A stretch of DNA of 64,000 bases from the NCBI GenBank assembly GCA_963662665.2, contig CAXXJS010000010.1, positions 384,001 to 448,000 on the forward strand, read 5' to 3'. Within the stretch, counting starts at the first letter, position 1, and each line of letters starts with the position of its first letter. The position numbers were made by a program, and so were the translations under genes. The notes under the pieces were generated by a model. It was not told where the DNA came from, did no database searches, and was given only the letters and a program-made list of their open reading frames with translations. The DNA comes from Candidatus Latescibacterota bacterium (GTDB lineage Bacteria; Latescibacterota; UBA2968; GCA-2709665). Below are positions 48,134 to 58,716 of this stretch, in pieces.

Positions 48134-49525
48134 TCAGCCGGCCTTGCGGTCGGCCTGAAGGATTGCATACCGGTCCGGAAGGTTGATTTTGACCTGTTCT
48201 TCCAGTTCCTCGTCCGTAATTGCGCTCATTCGACCATGAACTTCGTACTGATCCATTACCCAGCGGGCGATCTTGTGTACTTTGATTTTGCTGAGCCGCG
48301 CGTTGCCTTTGAGCTCCAGGAACTCATTGACCCATAGGGCGACCCCGTCGACACCGGTCTTGTCCGTTATCGCCACGCGGGGCGGTCGACCGAACAGTAC
48401 GGTGGTGTCGAAGATGTTGTAGATGCGTTCATCGGAACGCAGCCCCCCCGCGTGGATGCCGGCCCTTGTCGTGTTGAAGTCCCTGCCCACAAACGGGTAG
48501 TTTGGTGCGATGTCGACGCCAATGGAGCGCATGTAGTCGGCCATTTCCTGGATCATCATGGTGTCTATGCCGCAAAGACTTCCGCGCAGGCCGATATATT
48601 CGAGTATCGCGCCCTCAAGGGGAGGGTTGCCGGTGCGTTCGCCGAATCCGAACAACGTGGTGTTGAGTGCATTGCAGCCGTAAAGCCAGGCGGTAGCCCC
48701 GTTGACGTGAACTTTGTGGAAGTCGTTGTGCCCATGCCATTCCAGGCAATCGTGCGGAACCCCGCCGTCGTTTGTCATCAGATAGACGAGTTTCGGAATT
48801 GAACGCGGGAGGCTGGCCCCGGGATAGCTGATCCCGAATCCCATGGTGTCACACAGCCGGATCTTGGCGCGGAGTTCGGGGGGAACCTGCTCGGAACGGC
48901 GCATCAGTTCCTGTACAAATGGCAATACGTAGCCTTCGATGTCCGCTCGGGTGACGTCTTCCAGGTGGCACCTCGGCCGTATGCCGGATTCCCAGGCGGC
49001 TTCGACGACCTCCAGGTAGTCGTTGAATGCCTTCCTGCGGTCCTTTTTGAGTTTGTAAAAGATGTGATAGTCTGAACTGGGCGTGAGCATCCCGGTTTCC
49101 CGTACACCGGCTTCCCTGACAAGCCGGAAGTCTCCCTTGTCGGCCCGGATCCAGGAGGTGATTTCGGGAAAACGGTGTCCGAGCGCACGGCATTCTTCCA
49201 GGGTCCGCCGATCGTTTTTGGTGTAGAGAAAGAACTCGGTCTGGCGGATAATGCCGTTTGGCCCGCCCAGCCTGGCCATCATATCGTAGAGTCTGACCTG
49301 CTGTTCCACCGTATACGGCGGCCGGGCCTGCTGTCCGTCCCGAAAAGTGGTATCCGTAATGACGAGGTCGCGGGCGAGGGCTTCCTCCGGGTCGAATCTG
49401 ACGAGCCGGTCGCCAAGTTCCTCATACAGGGGGCCGTCAAACAGGATTTTGGGAGGCAGGTTATAGTCGAACTGTTCGTCGAGGAGGTTTGGTTCGTCGA
49501 CGTCGATGAGGTCTCCTGTTTTCAT
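48134..49525 (-). CDS. Re-citrate synthase-like DRE-TIM metallolyase (IPMS/HCS family)
   Basis: DVDEPNL, ITDTTFRDGQQARPPY, IRQTEFFLY, SDYHIF, RCHLEDVTRAD, HGHNDF, GERTGN. Confidence 0.82.
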   Translation of the reverse strand: MKTGDLIDVDEPNLLDEQFDYNLPPKILFDGPLYEELGDRLVRFDPEEALARDLVITDTTFRDGQQARPPYTVEQQVRLYDMMARLGGPNGIIRQTEFFLYTKNDRRTLEECRALGHRFPEITSWIRADKGDFRLVREAGVRETGMLTPSSDYHIFYKLKKDRRKAFNDYLEVVEAAWESGIRPRCHLEDVTRADIEGYVLPFVQELMRRSEQVPPELRAKIRLCDTMGFGISYPGASLPRSIPKLVYLMTNDGGVPHDCLEWHGHNDFHKVHVNGATAWLYGCNALNTTLFGFGERTGNPPLEGAILEYIGLRGSLCGIDTMMIQEMADYMRSIGVDIAPNYPFVGRDFNTTRAGIHAGGLRSDERIYNIFDTTVLFGRPPRVAITDKTGVDGVALWVNEFLELKGNARLSKIKVHKIARWVMDQYEVHGRMSAITDEELEEQVKINLPDRYAILQADRKAG

Positions 49526-49566
49526 GGTACACACTCCTGGCATAATCGGGTACAGGTGTTTCGGTA

Positions 49567-49812
49567 TCAATTGTTTACGTATTGTGCGATGAAGTCGATG
49601 GCGCCGCCCACGGTTTGTACGGCCAGGGCTTCATCTTCGTCCATTTCTATTTCGAATTCCTCTTCAAAGCCGGCCATGAGTTCTACGGATTGTACGGATT
49701 CAGCCCCCAGATCCGCAGTGAAGCTCTGATTCTCTGCGACCTCCGTCGCGTCGATTTCCAGAACCTGGGATATGACCCTGTAAACACCGGCCTTGATTTG
49801 TTCGCGATCCAT
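49567..49812 (-). CDS. Acyl carrier protein (atypical motif)
   Basis: 81 aa, acidic; FTADLGAESVQSVELMAGFEEEFEIEM...TVG. Confidence 0.88.
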   Translation of the reverse strand: MDREQIKAGVYRVISQVLEIDATEVAENQSFTADLGAESVQSVELMAGFEEEFEIEMDEDEALAVQTVGGAIDFIAQYVNN

Positions 49813-49888
49813 TTGACGCTCCGTGAAAATTCGGGAAGGTTGAAAGTATCCCCATCCTATTGTGCAGGGCAGCGGGTGGTCTTATGAT

Positions 49889-50647
49889 TCAGATTTGAGT
49901 GGATTTGAGTCCTGAGGCGGCGTCACGGTCCACAACGAACGTGCAATCAGGATGGCTCTGCAGCAGGCTGGCCGGACAGTCCGGCGTGGGCGGCCCTTCG
50001 AGAGCCTTCGCGATCGCTGCGGCCTTCTGAGAGCCGGTGGCCAGGAGGAGAATGCTTCGCGCCTCTCTAATTGTGCCAATTCCGGCCGAGAGGGCAAATC
50101 GGGGGACGCTGGCGGCATCCTTGAAGAAACGGCCGTCACTGTTCGCCGCGATTGTGCTCGGAGCGAGGTTGACGAGGCGCGTGCGGCTGTCCACGGGGCT
50201 GCCGGGTTCATTGAACGCGATATGACCGTTGGTGCCAATACCCAGCAGCCAGAGGTCGATGCCGCCGGCGGCCAGGATTCTGGTTTCGAAGGCCCTGCAT
50301 TCGAACTCGGGATTGGCGGCTTTACCGTTCAGCACGTGGGAATTCCAGGGCCGAATGTCGATCTTTTGAAACAGGCGATCGTTCATGAAATAGCGATAGC
50401 TCTGGTCGTGGTCGCCGTCCAGGCCCCAGTATTCGTCCAGGTTGAACGAGGTAACCCTGGCGAATCCGAGACCCTCGTTACGATGTAGCTCCGCGAGCCT
50501 TGCATAGGTGTGTTCCGGTGTGGATCCCGTGGCCAATCCGATTACCGCATCGGGCCTGGCGCGGATCAGATCCGCGATAATTTCCGACGCTGCTGCCGCC
50601 ACGTCGGCGCTGGTCTCGCATACGCTGAGCCTGATGCTGCCCGCCAT
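49889..50647 (-). CDS. nagB: Glucosamine-6-phosphate deaminase
   Basis: GLATGSTP, FNLDEY, LGIGTNGHIAFNEPG, GIGTI, PASLLQ. Confidence 0.93.
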   Translation of the reverse strand: MAGSIRLSVCETSADVAAAASEIIADLIRARPDAVIGLATGSTPEHTYARLAELHRNEGLGFARVTSFNLDEYWGLDGDHDQSYRYFMNDRLFQKIDIRPWNSHVLNGKAANPEFECRAFETRILAAGGIDLWLLGIGTNGHIAFNEPGSPVDSRTRLVNLAPSTIAANSDGRFFKDAASVPRFALSAGIGTIREARSILLLATGSQKAAAIAKALEGPPTPDCPASLLQSHPDCTFVVDRDAASGLKSTQI

Positions 50648-50954
50648 TGACTTCCTTTCTTTCGACGTCAACCTGAAATTCCTGAATGCCTCGCCGTGAG
50701 TTGTCTATACCGACCGCCGATACGTGCGTTGGCAGGCGATCCAAAAGGACAGCCAATATACCATAGTGACGGCTTCAAGTAAAGCGTTTTGCCCGGCGAC
50801 GGGCTATGGCTGAACGTGCGGGCAATTTGAGAGAAAGTGCTTGCCGTCGGGTTCCAGGCTGAATATCTTACCCGTCCTCATGGTTGGATAATGAACGGTT
50901 TTTCAGTGAGATACGCGCCAATGAGTCGGACTGCGAAGGGAGGATAATTCTCAT

Positions 50955-52877
50955 ATGGCTGGCTATCGTGCGCTTACCCGTGCCGAGATTGCGGTGCTGG
51001 AAGGTAACGGATGCGCTGCCGCGGATTGGTCGAAGGTAGACGTGAAGCAACGGTTCAATCCGGAACGGGTGAAGCATGTCGTTTTCCACGGTCAGGTAAG
51101 GATGGGTGTTCTGGAGGGCACGGTGTCGTTCGCCGGTGTGGAATTGCCGGCGGAAATCTCGCACGCCACGCTGATAGACTGCGAACTGGGGGATAACGTG
51201 CGGGTGACGCGGGTGCGCAGTCATCTCGCGAATTACCGCGTTGGCTCCGGGGCGGTCGTAACGGACGTGGGGCAGATGTCTACGCGCGTCGGTTCCGTAT
51301 TCGGAAACGGCGTGGTTGTGGAGCCCGTTAACGAGGGAGGCGGCCGGGAGGTGCCGATGTTCGATGAGATGTCCAGCCAGTTTGCGTACCTGATGAGTAT
51401 GCACCGGTACCGGTCGGAGATGATTGTGCGCCTCCAGGCAATGGTGGACGCGTATGTCGCCGAAAAAACATCTGATGTAGGAATGGTTGGCGAACGAGCC
51501 GTCGTCGCGCATGTAAATGAGATATCGGACGTGAATATCGGCAGCTGCGCCGTGGTCTCCGGGGCGGCCATGCTGAAAAACGGAACCGTTCTGAGCGAGG
51601 CGGACGCGCAGACGCGGGTGGGAGCTTCGGTTGTGGCCGAGGATTTCATCATTTCAGAGGGCTCCACGGTGGAGAGCGGCGCTATACTTCACCGGTGCTT
51701 TATCGGACAGGGAGTCGAGGTCGGGAAGCAGTTTTCCGCCGAGAATTCGCTCTTTTTCGCCAATTCGGAGTGCTTTAACGGCGAAGCGTGCGCGGTATTC
51801 GGCGGCCCTTTTACAGTGACCCACCACAAGAGCACGCTGCTTATCGCGGGGCTGTTTTCGTTCTACAACGCCGGTAGCGGGACCAACCAGAGCAACCATA
51901 TGTATAAGCTCGGTCCGGTACACCAGGGTGTGATGGAACGCGGCAGCAAGACGGGATCTTCTTCCTATTTGCTGTTACCGAGCGCGGTGGGGCCGTTTAC
52001 CGTTGTCATCGGCAAGCATATGACGAATTTGGATATTCGGGATCTGCCGTTTTCGTACGTCGTCGAGGAAAAGGGCGCGAGTTTCCTTACGCCTGCCATG
52101 AACCTCCACACGGTCGGCACGGTTCGCGACGGCGAGAAGTGGCCGAACCGCGATCGGCGCACGGCTTCCATAAAGCGCGACCAGATCCGGTACGAAGTAT
52201 TCAGCCCCTACACGGTCGAGCGGATGATGAAGGGAGAGGCGCTGTTGAATGCGCTTTATTGCAAGACGCCGCAACAGGTGCAGCACGTGCGCCACAATGG
52301 GGTGAGGATCCGGCGCCTGGTCTTGCGCCATGGCATCAGGAATTACGCGTCGGCGATCGAAATGTACCTCATTGGCAAGATCGTTCATCGGGTGGCGGAG
52401 GGAAAGGCGCTGGGCAAGACTGAGGGCGAGGTTTACGATGAGCGGTGGGGGGACGTGGGCGGTCTATTGATTGCACGGGCACGGCTGGCTCAGATTGAAA
52501 CCGGTATTGTGTCCGGTAGCATCGATACGGTAGCGGCCGTCAATGCGGCATTCGAGTCGGCCAACGGGAAGTACGAAACGGATGAGTGGGCGTGGGTGCG
52601 GCGGGCGTTCCATGATCGGACCGGCACGGGCGTGGAGTCGCTGACGCAGGAGGACGTAGAGGAGTTGAGAGCAACCCACCGGAAATCGCGCGCTTCGTCG
52701 ATGAATAAGGTGCTGGCGGATGCGGAAAAGGAGTTTGGCGCCGCCGCGGCGATCGGTTATGGCGCCGACGGTGGCGCCGACGAGGCTGAGGCCGATTTCA
52801 GGGCAGTGCGCGGCAATTTTTCGGGAAACTCGTTTGTGCGGCAAATGCGCGAACGTGGCGCGAAAGACGAGATCTAG
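50955..52877 (+). CDS. DUF4954-like protein with left-handed beta-helix-like repeats
   Basis: YRALTRAEIAVLE, FGNG, NEGGGREV, GPFTVTHHKSTLLI, NAGSGTNQSNHMYKLGPVHQG, RDGEKWP. Confidence 0.8.
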   Translation: MAGYRALTRAEIAVLEGNGCAAADWSKVDVKQRFNPERVKHVVFHGQVRMGVLEGTVSFAGVELPAEISHATLIDCELGDNVRVTRVRSHLANYRVGSGAVVTDVGQMSTRVGSVFGNGVVVEPVNEGGGREVPMFDEMSSQFAYLMSMHRYRSEMIVRLQAMVDAYVAEKTSDVGMVGERAVVAHVNEISDVNIGSCAVVSGAAMLKNGTVLSEADAQTRVGASVVAEDFIISEGSTVESGAILHRCFIGQGVEVGKQFSAENSLFFANSECFNGEACAVFGGPFTVTHHKSTLLIAGLFSFYNAGSGTNQSNHMYKLGPVHQGVMERGSKTGSSSYLLLPSAVGPFTVVIGKHMTNLDIRDLPFSYVVEEKGASFLTPAMNLHTVGTVRDGEKWPNRDRRTASIKRDQIRYEVFSPYTVERMMKGEALLNALYCKTPQQVQHVRHNGVRIRRLVLRHGIRNYASAIEMYLIGKIVHRVAEGKALGKTEGEVYDERWGDVGGLLIARARLAQIETGIVSGSIDTVAAVNAAFESANGKYETDEWAWVRRAFHDRTGTGVESLTQEDVEELRATHRKSRASSMNKVLADAEKEFGAAAAIGYGADGGADEAEADFRAVRGNFSGNSFVRQMRERGAKDEI

Positions 52878-52959
52878 AAAAACGGAACCGTCTGCTGAGG
52901 TCTGTCCCTCTCGTTTGCCGGAAGCACGTCCGGAAATTCAAGCCGTCAACGAGTAAAGG

Positions 52960-53922
52960 TCAGCAGATCATGCCCTGTTTCGCGCGAATTCCATGCGCGG
53001 GAGGGCTGGCCCCGATCCAGCGTTCGTCCTGGGGTTCGGAGGCGAGTTGATAGCGGGAGTCCGAGGAAATGCGGATGCGGTCCGTGTGGTTGTCCGAACT
53101 GGCGTGCAGCGTATGCATGGAGAAGACGAGCACGTCGCCCAATTTGTAGTCCGCCGTCAGCCAACGGCCGCCAAGGTCGTTTCGAGCCTGAATGGCGTCG
53201 GACGCATACGAACCGGTGGAATTCCAGTTTATCAGGGACTGTTCCTCGCCCGTGAGATCGCGTTTCCGCACCCTGGCGGTTTCAACGATCCGTCTGGCCC
53301 GATTTTCGTTTTCGCAGTATTTGTCAACATCGGTACGTGCATAGGTGTGCTGCAGGCGTTCGCTCCTGTGGGAGTTTTCCAGGATGATCAGGCCGCCCAT
53401 TTCAAATGGTACGTCGCCCAGCGGGGTCCAGGAGGTGTAGAGGTTGGGGGTGCCGCGGCCCATATAGACCACGTCGTAGTGGGGTTGGGTGGGCGACGCA
53501 ATTCCTGGAGCTTTGACACGAAACCATGTGTAGTCGAAATGGGTGACGGGACCGCCCAGGAAGCTTTCGTAGAACCTGATCATGGGTCCATCGTAGAGAA
53601 TCTTCATCAGCGGCGGATTGTTGAGCGTGAAGTCGAACATGGTGCCGAGCCCGCCGCCCGGCTTGTATTTCCCTTCGATAAGCGGAAGCGTTTCGTCCAC
53701 GGATCCCAGCCCGGCGAGGCGCATCATCACTTCAAGGCGCGCCGCCAGCGCTTCGTCCGGGTCGAGTAGACCGGGCAGGTAGAGGTAGCCGTCATCGGCC
53801 ATGCGGGCGTGGAGCGCGGCAACATCGTGGGAAATGTCGTCCGAACGTCGCAACTCGCCGGCGTCGTTAACGGATCCAACCAGCGGTTTTCCGCGAAAGG
53901 TCAGGTCGAGCAGGGCGCCCAT
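52960..53922 (-). CDS. PhyH family dioxygenase (canonical HxD)
   Basis: DGYLYL, PHYDVVYM, WTPLGD, GDVLVF, TLHAS, RISSDSRY. Confidence 0.88.
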   Translation of the reverse strand: MGALLDLTFRGKPLVGSVNDAGELRRSDDISHDVAALHARMADDGYLYLPGLLDPDEALAARLEVMMRLAGLGSVDETLPLIEGKYKPGGGLGTMFDFTLNNPPLMKILYDGPMIRFYESFLGGPVTHFDYTWFRVKAPGIASPTQPHYDVVYMGRGTPNLYTSWTPLGDVPFEMGGLIILENSHRSERLQHTYARTDVDKYCENENRARRIVETARVRKRDLTGEEQSLINWNSTGSYASDAIQARNDLGGRWLTADYKLGDVLVFSMHTLHASSDNHTDRIRISSDSRYQLASEPQDERWIGASPPAHGIRAKQGMIC

Positions 53923-54065
53923 TCGAATCTCCTTGTTCCGGGTGTCCGTGACGGTAAGAAAACGAGGTCTATTCGCTTTCTTCGCCGGTTTGTAATATCC
54001 TACATTCGTCGCCGGCTGTCAATTTCATTGCGGTGAACCTGTTGAAGAGTCATGTCATTTCCGGA

Positions 54066-55019
54066 TTACGGAGGGTCCGAATCCGGTGCCTGGGACGTGG
54101 CAGTCGCAAGCTGTTCAAGCGCGGCCTGCAGGACGGATTCGACCGGGAGGGAAGAAAGGTGTCCGTCCGGGGCTTTCAGAATACGGGCGAGAGGATGGCG
54201 CGGCGCCCATGTCTCCGCTTCCGTGGGCCCGAACAGAGTGAGTGTAGCGGTGCCCACTGCCGCGCCTACGTGTCCCGGGCCGGAATCGTTGCCAATAAAG
54301 AGATCGGCCTGGCGCAGTAATCCGGCAAGGCTTCGAAGGTCCGGAGGAATCAGGCAGGGAAGGTGCAACCGCAGTTCAACCACGAAGTCCCGTTCCACGG
54401 GCCCGCAAAGAACTACAACGCCTGCGCCGCGGAGGCGGAGTCCCTGGGCGAGTTCAAGAAAGGAGGATAGCGGCCAGCATTTTCCCCGGCCGCCGCTTCC
54501 CGGGTGAATGGCCACCAGAGGGGACGGCAGACGGTGTTTTTCAAGGAGCTTGCCGGCGCTAACCAATTCACGCTCGTGCAAACGGACCCTTGGGATGGGG
54601 TCAGACGCTGGAATGCCCAACGTTCTGAGTGGCGCCAGTAGGTGTTCGATGACGTGGATGCCACGTGACGGACGTGGGTCGTATACGATTGCCCGTCCGT
54701 GGACAATCTCGGTGAGTCGGGCTTGAAGGCTGCAATCCGGGTCGACGGCGTAGGCCAGAAGCAGCTCGACATTGGAGAAGAGAGCGCGGGTGCGATCGGG
54801 AACCGCACCACCGGGATTGTATAAGCCGGCAACGTCGGCGCCGTTGATGTCGACGAGATCGTTGACGGGTGCGAGACGCAGAATCGAAGGGTTGCCGATC
54901 AGCCGCAGGTTCGAGCGCGGGTACGCCATGCGCAGGGCATCCACCGCGGGAAGCGTAAGTACGAAATCTCCAATGGCGCCGCTACGGACAAGCGTGATGT
55001 GTTCCGGATTAACGGACAT
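54066..55019 (-). CDS. Glycosyltransferase family 9 (heptosyltransferase-like)
   Basis: GAIGDFVLTLP, HPGSG, KCWP, GNDSGPGH, LFGPT. Confidence 0.92.
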   Translation of the reverse strand: MSVNPEHITLVRSGAIGDFVLTLPAVDALRMAYPRSNLRLIGNPSILRLAPVNDLVDINGADVAGLYNPGGAVPDRTRALFSNVELLLAYAVDPDCSLQARLTEIVHGRAIVYDPRPSRGIHVIEHLLAPLRTLGIPASDPIPRVRLHERELVSAGKLLEKHRLPSPLVAIHPGSGGRGKCWPLSSFLELAQGLRLRGAGVVVLCGPVERDFVVELRLHLPCLIPPDLRSLAGLLRQADLFIGNDSGPGHVGAAVGTATLTLFGPTEAETWAPRHPLARILKAPDGHLSSLPVESVLQAALEQLATATSQAPDSDPP

Positions 55020-55162
55020 GCAAGAGACCGTGTTGTGGTTTTTCCGAAATCGTCTACCACGATGGGAAACAGCGCGCCCGTGAGGCTGCCGCTTTGGGAT
55101 TGATCGCTATCGCTGTACCCCGGAAGATACAGGCGGGCCGGTAATGACGTGCGGGGCCGGCC

Positions 55163-55891
55163 TCAGGGTGAATCGGATGCCAGGGGCGGATGAGGCCAGG
55201 GGGGCAGCGGCTCGTCCCAGCCTAACCGGATGAACGTCGACCTGAGATCTTGCGACAGATCCGCAATAACGGCTATCCCTTCTCTGGAAAATGGATGCAT
55301 GAATTCCAGCCGGACGGCCACCAGCGCCAGGCGGTGTACACCGAATCTGGCGCGAAAGAATCGGTTCTGCGCGCCATCGCCGTACCTTGTATCACCCAGA
55401 ACGGGATGGGAGACGTGGGCCATGTGTTTCCGGATCTGGTGCATGCGGCCGGTTTGAGGAACGGCTCGTACCAGCGAGAACCGCGCCGTGGCATGTTTGC
55501 CCACGGATTCCTGAAGTTCGACGGTGCGCACGCGGGCGAAGTCGGTAACCGCGTCGACCGCTGCCTTCTTCTTTTCTTCGCGCAGGGGGTGATCGATCCG
55601 GCCGGCTTCAGGCGGGAACCCGCGAACCACGGCCAGGTATTCCTTCCGGATGCTGCGATTCTCGAAGAGGTTGCACATTTTCCTGGCGGCCTCGGAACTC
55701 AGTGCAAAGAGCAGCACACCGGATGTGGCTCGGTCCAGTCTGTGAATGGTGAAGACGGAACGACCGAGTTGCCGCCCCAACCTGGTCATGCAGTCGGGTT
55801 CCCGCGGACCAAGGCGAGTGGGGTGAACAAAGATGCCGCTCGGTTTGTCTATGGCAACGTAATGGTCGTCCTGGTAGAGGATCTTCAACAT
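55163..55891 (-). CDS. truC: RluA-family pseudouridine synthase, TruC-like
   Basis: KPSGIFVH, HRLDRATSG, KEYLAVVRG, TGRMHQIRKH, GDTRYG. Confidence 0.8.
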   Translation of the reverse strand: MLKILYQDDHYVAIDKPSGIFVHPTRLGPREPDCMTRLGRQLGRSVFTIHRLDRATSGVLLFALSSEAARKMCNLFENRSIRKEYLAVVRGFPPEAGRIDHPLREEKKKAAVDAVTDFARVRTVELQESVGKHATARFSLVRAVPQTGRMHQIRKHMAHVSHPVLGDTRYGDGAQNRFFRARFGVHRLALVAVRLEFMHPFSREGIAVIADLSQDLRSTFIRLGWDEPLPPWPHPPLASDSP

Positions 55892-56189
55892 GATGATCTA
55901 TTGATCCAAAGCGTCGATGTCAGTCGCACGCCGCGGCACACGTGGCGCCTCGTACACTCCGTCACGAACACGGCATTGCGGGGCGACCGGAGGCTCTCGG
56001 GCCGGCGGTTTCCGGTATCGTCCGTAAACGCCCCGAAACGGTCGACGGCTACGGGCTGAACGCAAACTGAATCGTTCACATCGTCAATTTCCATTGCTCG
56101 TCCGGCAGACTGGATATATATTCCATCGGTTCTTCCCCAAGGCAACGCTTCAACCCCACGATTCGAACTCCCCGAAGGAGGCTGATAAT

Positions 56190-57158
56190 TTGGGTTACGA
56201 CTTTCAAGTCTTCACCGGCAACATCAATCGACCCCTGGTCGAGGAGATCTGTCACGACCTCGACATCGGCCTGGGAAAGGCTGAAGTCACCAGTTTTCCG
56301 GGAGGCGAAACCGGCGTTCAGATCCACGAGAACGTGCGTGGCAACGACGTCTACATCGTTCAGCCCATTTGCGGCAACGGGATATTCACGCCCAACGACG
56401 CACTGATGGAAATCCTTATCCTGATCGACGCGGCGCGTCGCGCCTCTGCCCGGCGAATTACCGCCGTATTGCCCTATTACGGCTATGCGCGGCAGGACCG
56501 CAAAGACAGGCCGCGGGTGCCAATCACCGCCAAACTGATCGGGAACCTTATCGTTACCGCCGGCGCCAGGCGCGTCCTCTCGCTGGATCTGCATTCAAAC
56601 CAGATCCAGGGATTCTTCGACATCCCCATGGATCACCTCTATTCCATCAATGTCTTTGGAAACTACCTGGTGGAAAAAGGCATGGAAAACCTGGTCACGG
56701 TCACGCCTGACGTGGGCAACATCAAGATGACCCGGGCCTATTCCGAACTGCTGGACGCTCCCCTGGCCATTGTAGACAAACGACGTTCGAGCGGCACGCA
56801 AACGGAAGTTCTGAACATCATCGGCGACGTGGAGGGAAAGAACGTCGTGATCATAGACGATCTTATTTCTACCGGCGGGTCGCTCGTCGAGGCCGCTACG
56901 GCTTTGAGAGAACACGGCGCCCTGGACATCAGCGCCGTGATCGTGCATCCGGTGTTGGCGGGGCCGGCGATCGAGCGTGTGGAGAATTCCGTTCTCACCG
57001 AACTGGTGGTGTCAAACTCCATTCCCGTGCCGGAAAGGGTTCGAAACGGAAAAATAAAGGTGCTATCCGTGGCTTCTATTCTGGCCGAAGCCATCCGCCG
57101 TATACATAACGACGAATCTGTCAGCACCCTGTTCGGAAACGTCCACGTCGAAGGATAG
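56190..57158 (+). CDS. prs: Ribose-phosphate pyrophosphokinase
   Basis: PYYGYARQDRK, DLHSNQIQGFF, DKRR, IIDDLISTGGS; TTG start after AAGGAGG. Confidence 0.95.
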   Translation: MGYDFQVFTGNINRPLVEEICHDLDIGLGKAEVTSFPGGETGVQIHENVRGNDVYIVQPICGNGIFTPNDALMEILILIDAARRASARRITAVLPYYGYARQDRKDRPRVPITAKLIGNLIVTAGARRVLSLDLHSNQIQGFFDIPMDHLYSINVFGNYLVEKGMENLVTVTPDVGNIKMTRAYSELLDAPLAIVDKRRSSGTQTEVLNIIGDVEGKNVVIIDDLISTGGSLVEAATALREHGALDISAVIVHPVLAGPAIERVENSVLTELVVSNSIPVPERVRNGKIKVLSVASILAEAIRRIHNDESVSTLFGNVHVEG

Positions 57159-57254
57159 GGTCCCGGGTCGCAATCAGGCGGCATATGCGGGGGCATCGCC
57201 CGTATTGGCAATAAAAGTCGGATGAGATACGGTGGGGAAGTACAACGGCGCGCG

Positions 57255-58376
57255 CTACGTCACGGCAGTTGCAACCGCGTTACATACCCGCGGACGTACA
57301 GTCGCAGCGCCGTGCGGATCGTTTGTTAACAGCACACACGTCGTTTCCGTTCTGGGATCCACCCATGCCACCGTGCCCGTCGCCCCCTCGTGTCCGAAGG
57401 TGGCGTCCGATGTCAGATCGCCGAAGACCGAACTCACCCGGTCGCGCAGGCGCCATCCCAACCCCCATCGCTGTCTGACTCTGTCGGCCCGTGTCAGGTC
57501 CGGCATCGCCGACGTCTGATCCATCGTCATTGCGCCAACCGTTGCAGGGTTCAGAATGCGGTTTCCGTTCAACGCACCGTCGTACAGAAAGGCCTGACAG
57601 AGCGCCGTCAGCTCGGTCGCGGTCGTCAACAGCCCTCCCCAGGGTGCGCCGAATCCTCTCCAGTAGTCCGAATTCCAATTCCACGATACAGCGTCCTCGC
57701 CGCCATACTCACCGCTGTGGATCTTCACGTCGGATTCCCGCGCGTTCCGTTTCCGAGTCCCCAGCGAGGTATCCGCGAGGCCCAGCGGTTCGAAAAACTC
57801 CCGTCTCAGGAACGCCCGAATCGGCGTCGCCTCAACACGCTGAACAATCTCGCCGAGCATTGCGATTCCACAGCTCTGGTAAGATATCCGCGTACCGGGT
57901 TCAAATAGCAACTTCACCTTGCAGATTTGCCGTATAAAAACGTCAAGCGGCGCGTGTTCGGCCCGCAATGCCAGGTTTTCCGGCAGCATGTCCGGCAGTC
58001 CCGAAGTGTGGGTGAGGAGATGTCGCACCTGCACGCCTTCCTTGCCGGCCCGACCGAACTCCGGTACAAGCTCCGCTACCAGGTCGTCCAGGCAGACCTC
58101 GCCGCGTTCCACGAGCCGCATGACCGCCGCGGCCACGATCGGCTTGGTAATGGATGCAATCAGAAAAACCGTATCCGGTTCAACCGGCGGGCCATCGGGG
58201 TCCAGTTTGCGGCGCCCGAAGCACGCAGGTAAAAGGGCGACTCCGCCCCGGGATACCTGCAGCGCCGCGCCCATCAGCTCTCCGCGCACCACCGCTTCGT
58301 CCAGGATCCCGTAAGCCGTCCGGACGGCTTCCCCGGACAACCCGATCTCTTCAGGACTTTCTGTCTGTCGGATCAT
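57255..58376 (-). CDS. Serine hydrolase, beta-lactamase family
   Basis: ASITK (SxxK), LLTHTSGL, FEPG..YQS, FGHEG. Confidence 0.9.
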   Translation of the reverse strand: MIRQTESPEEIGLSGEAVRTAYGILDEAVVRGELMGAALQVSRGGVALLPACFGRRKLDPDGPPVEPDTVFLIASITKPIVAAAVMRLVERGEVCLDDLVAELVPEFGRAGKEGVQVRHLLTHTSGLPDMLPENLALRAEHAPLDVFIRQICKVKLLFEPGTRISYQSCGIAMLGEIVQRVEATPIRAFLRREFFEPLGLADTSLGTRKRNARESDVKIHSGEYGGEDAVSWNWNSDYWRGFGAPWGGLLTTATELTALCQAFLYDGALNGNRILNPATVGAMTMDQTSAMPDLTRADRVRQRWGLGWRLRDRVSSVFGDLTSDATFGHEGATGTVAWVDPRTETTCVLLTNDPHGAATVRPRVCNAVATAVT

Positions 58377-58716
58377 TACGCCTCCCGTTGGTATCCATCG
58401 TTTGGTCGCAATACATTCAAGGACTTAGCGGTTGGATTTGAACCCCGTACTGGTAACAACGATCACCGCTGTTTCGCCTCCGGCAAACGCGCCGGCGTTC
58501 GCAAGACGTTCGACCGCCGCCCGGACCATTGCCGAACACGCCTGGGTCGGGCCTCAAACGGTCAATGATTTGAGACCACGAAATTCGTCCTCCGGGCGGG
58601 GTGTGCCGGAAGTAGAGTCGTTTTTCAACAAATGATCCTGCATCGGCATGAAACGGTTGATTCAACTTAAGCGACGTGTGTCCAATTGAACGCGTGCGCA
58701 ATCGATACGGGCATCA

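Noticed and set aside
55892-56189. Possible tRNA upstream of prs
   Set aside because: No cloverleaf or properly stemmed T-loop is visible.
58426-58446. Minus-strand GGTTCAAATCC resembling a tRNA T-loop or att site
   Set aside because: The flanks do not form a 5-bp T-stem or cloverleaf; no CCA and no integrase nearby.
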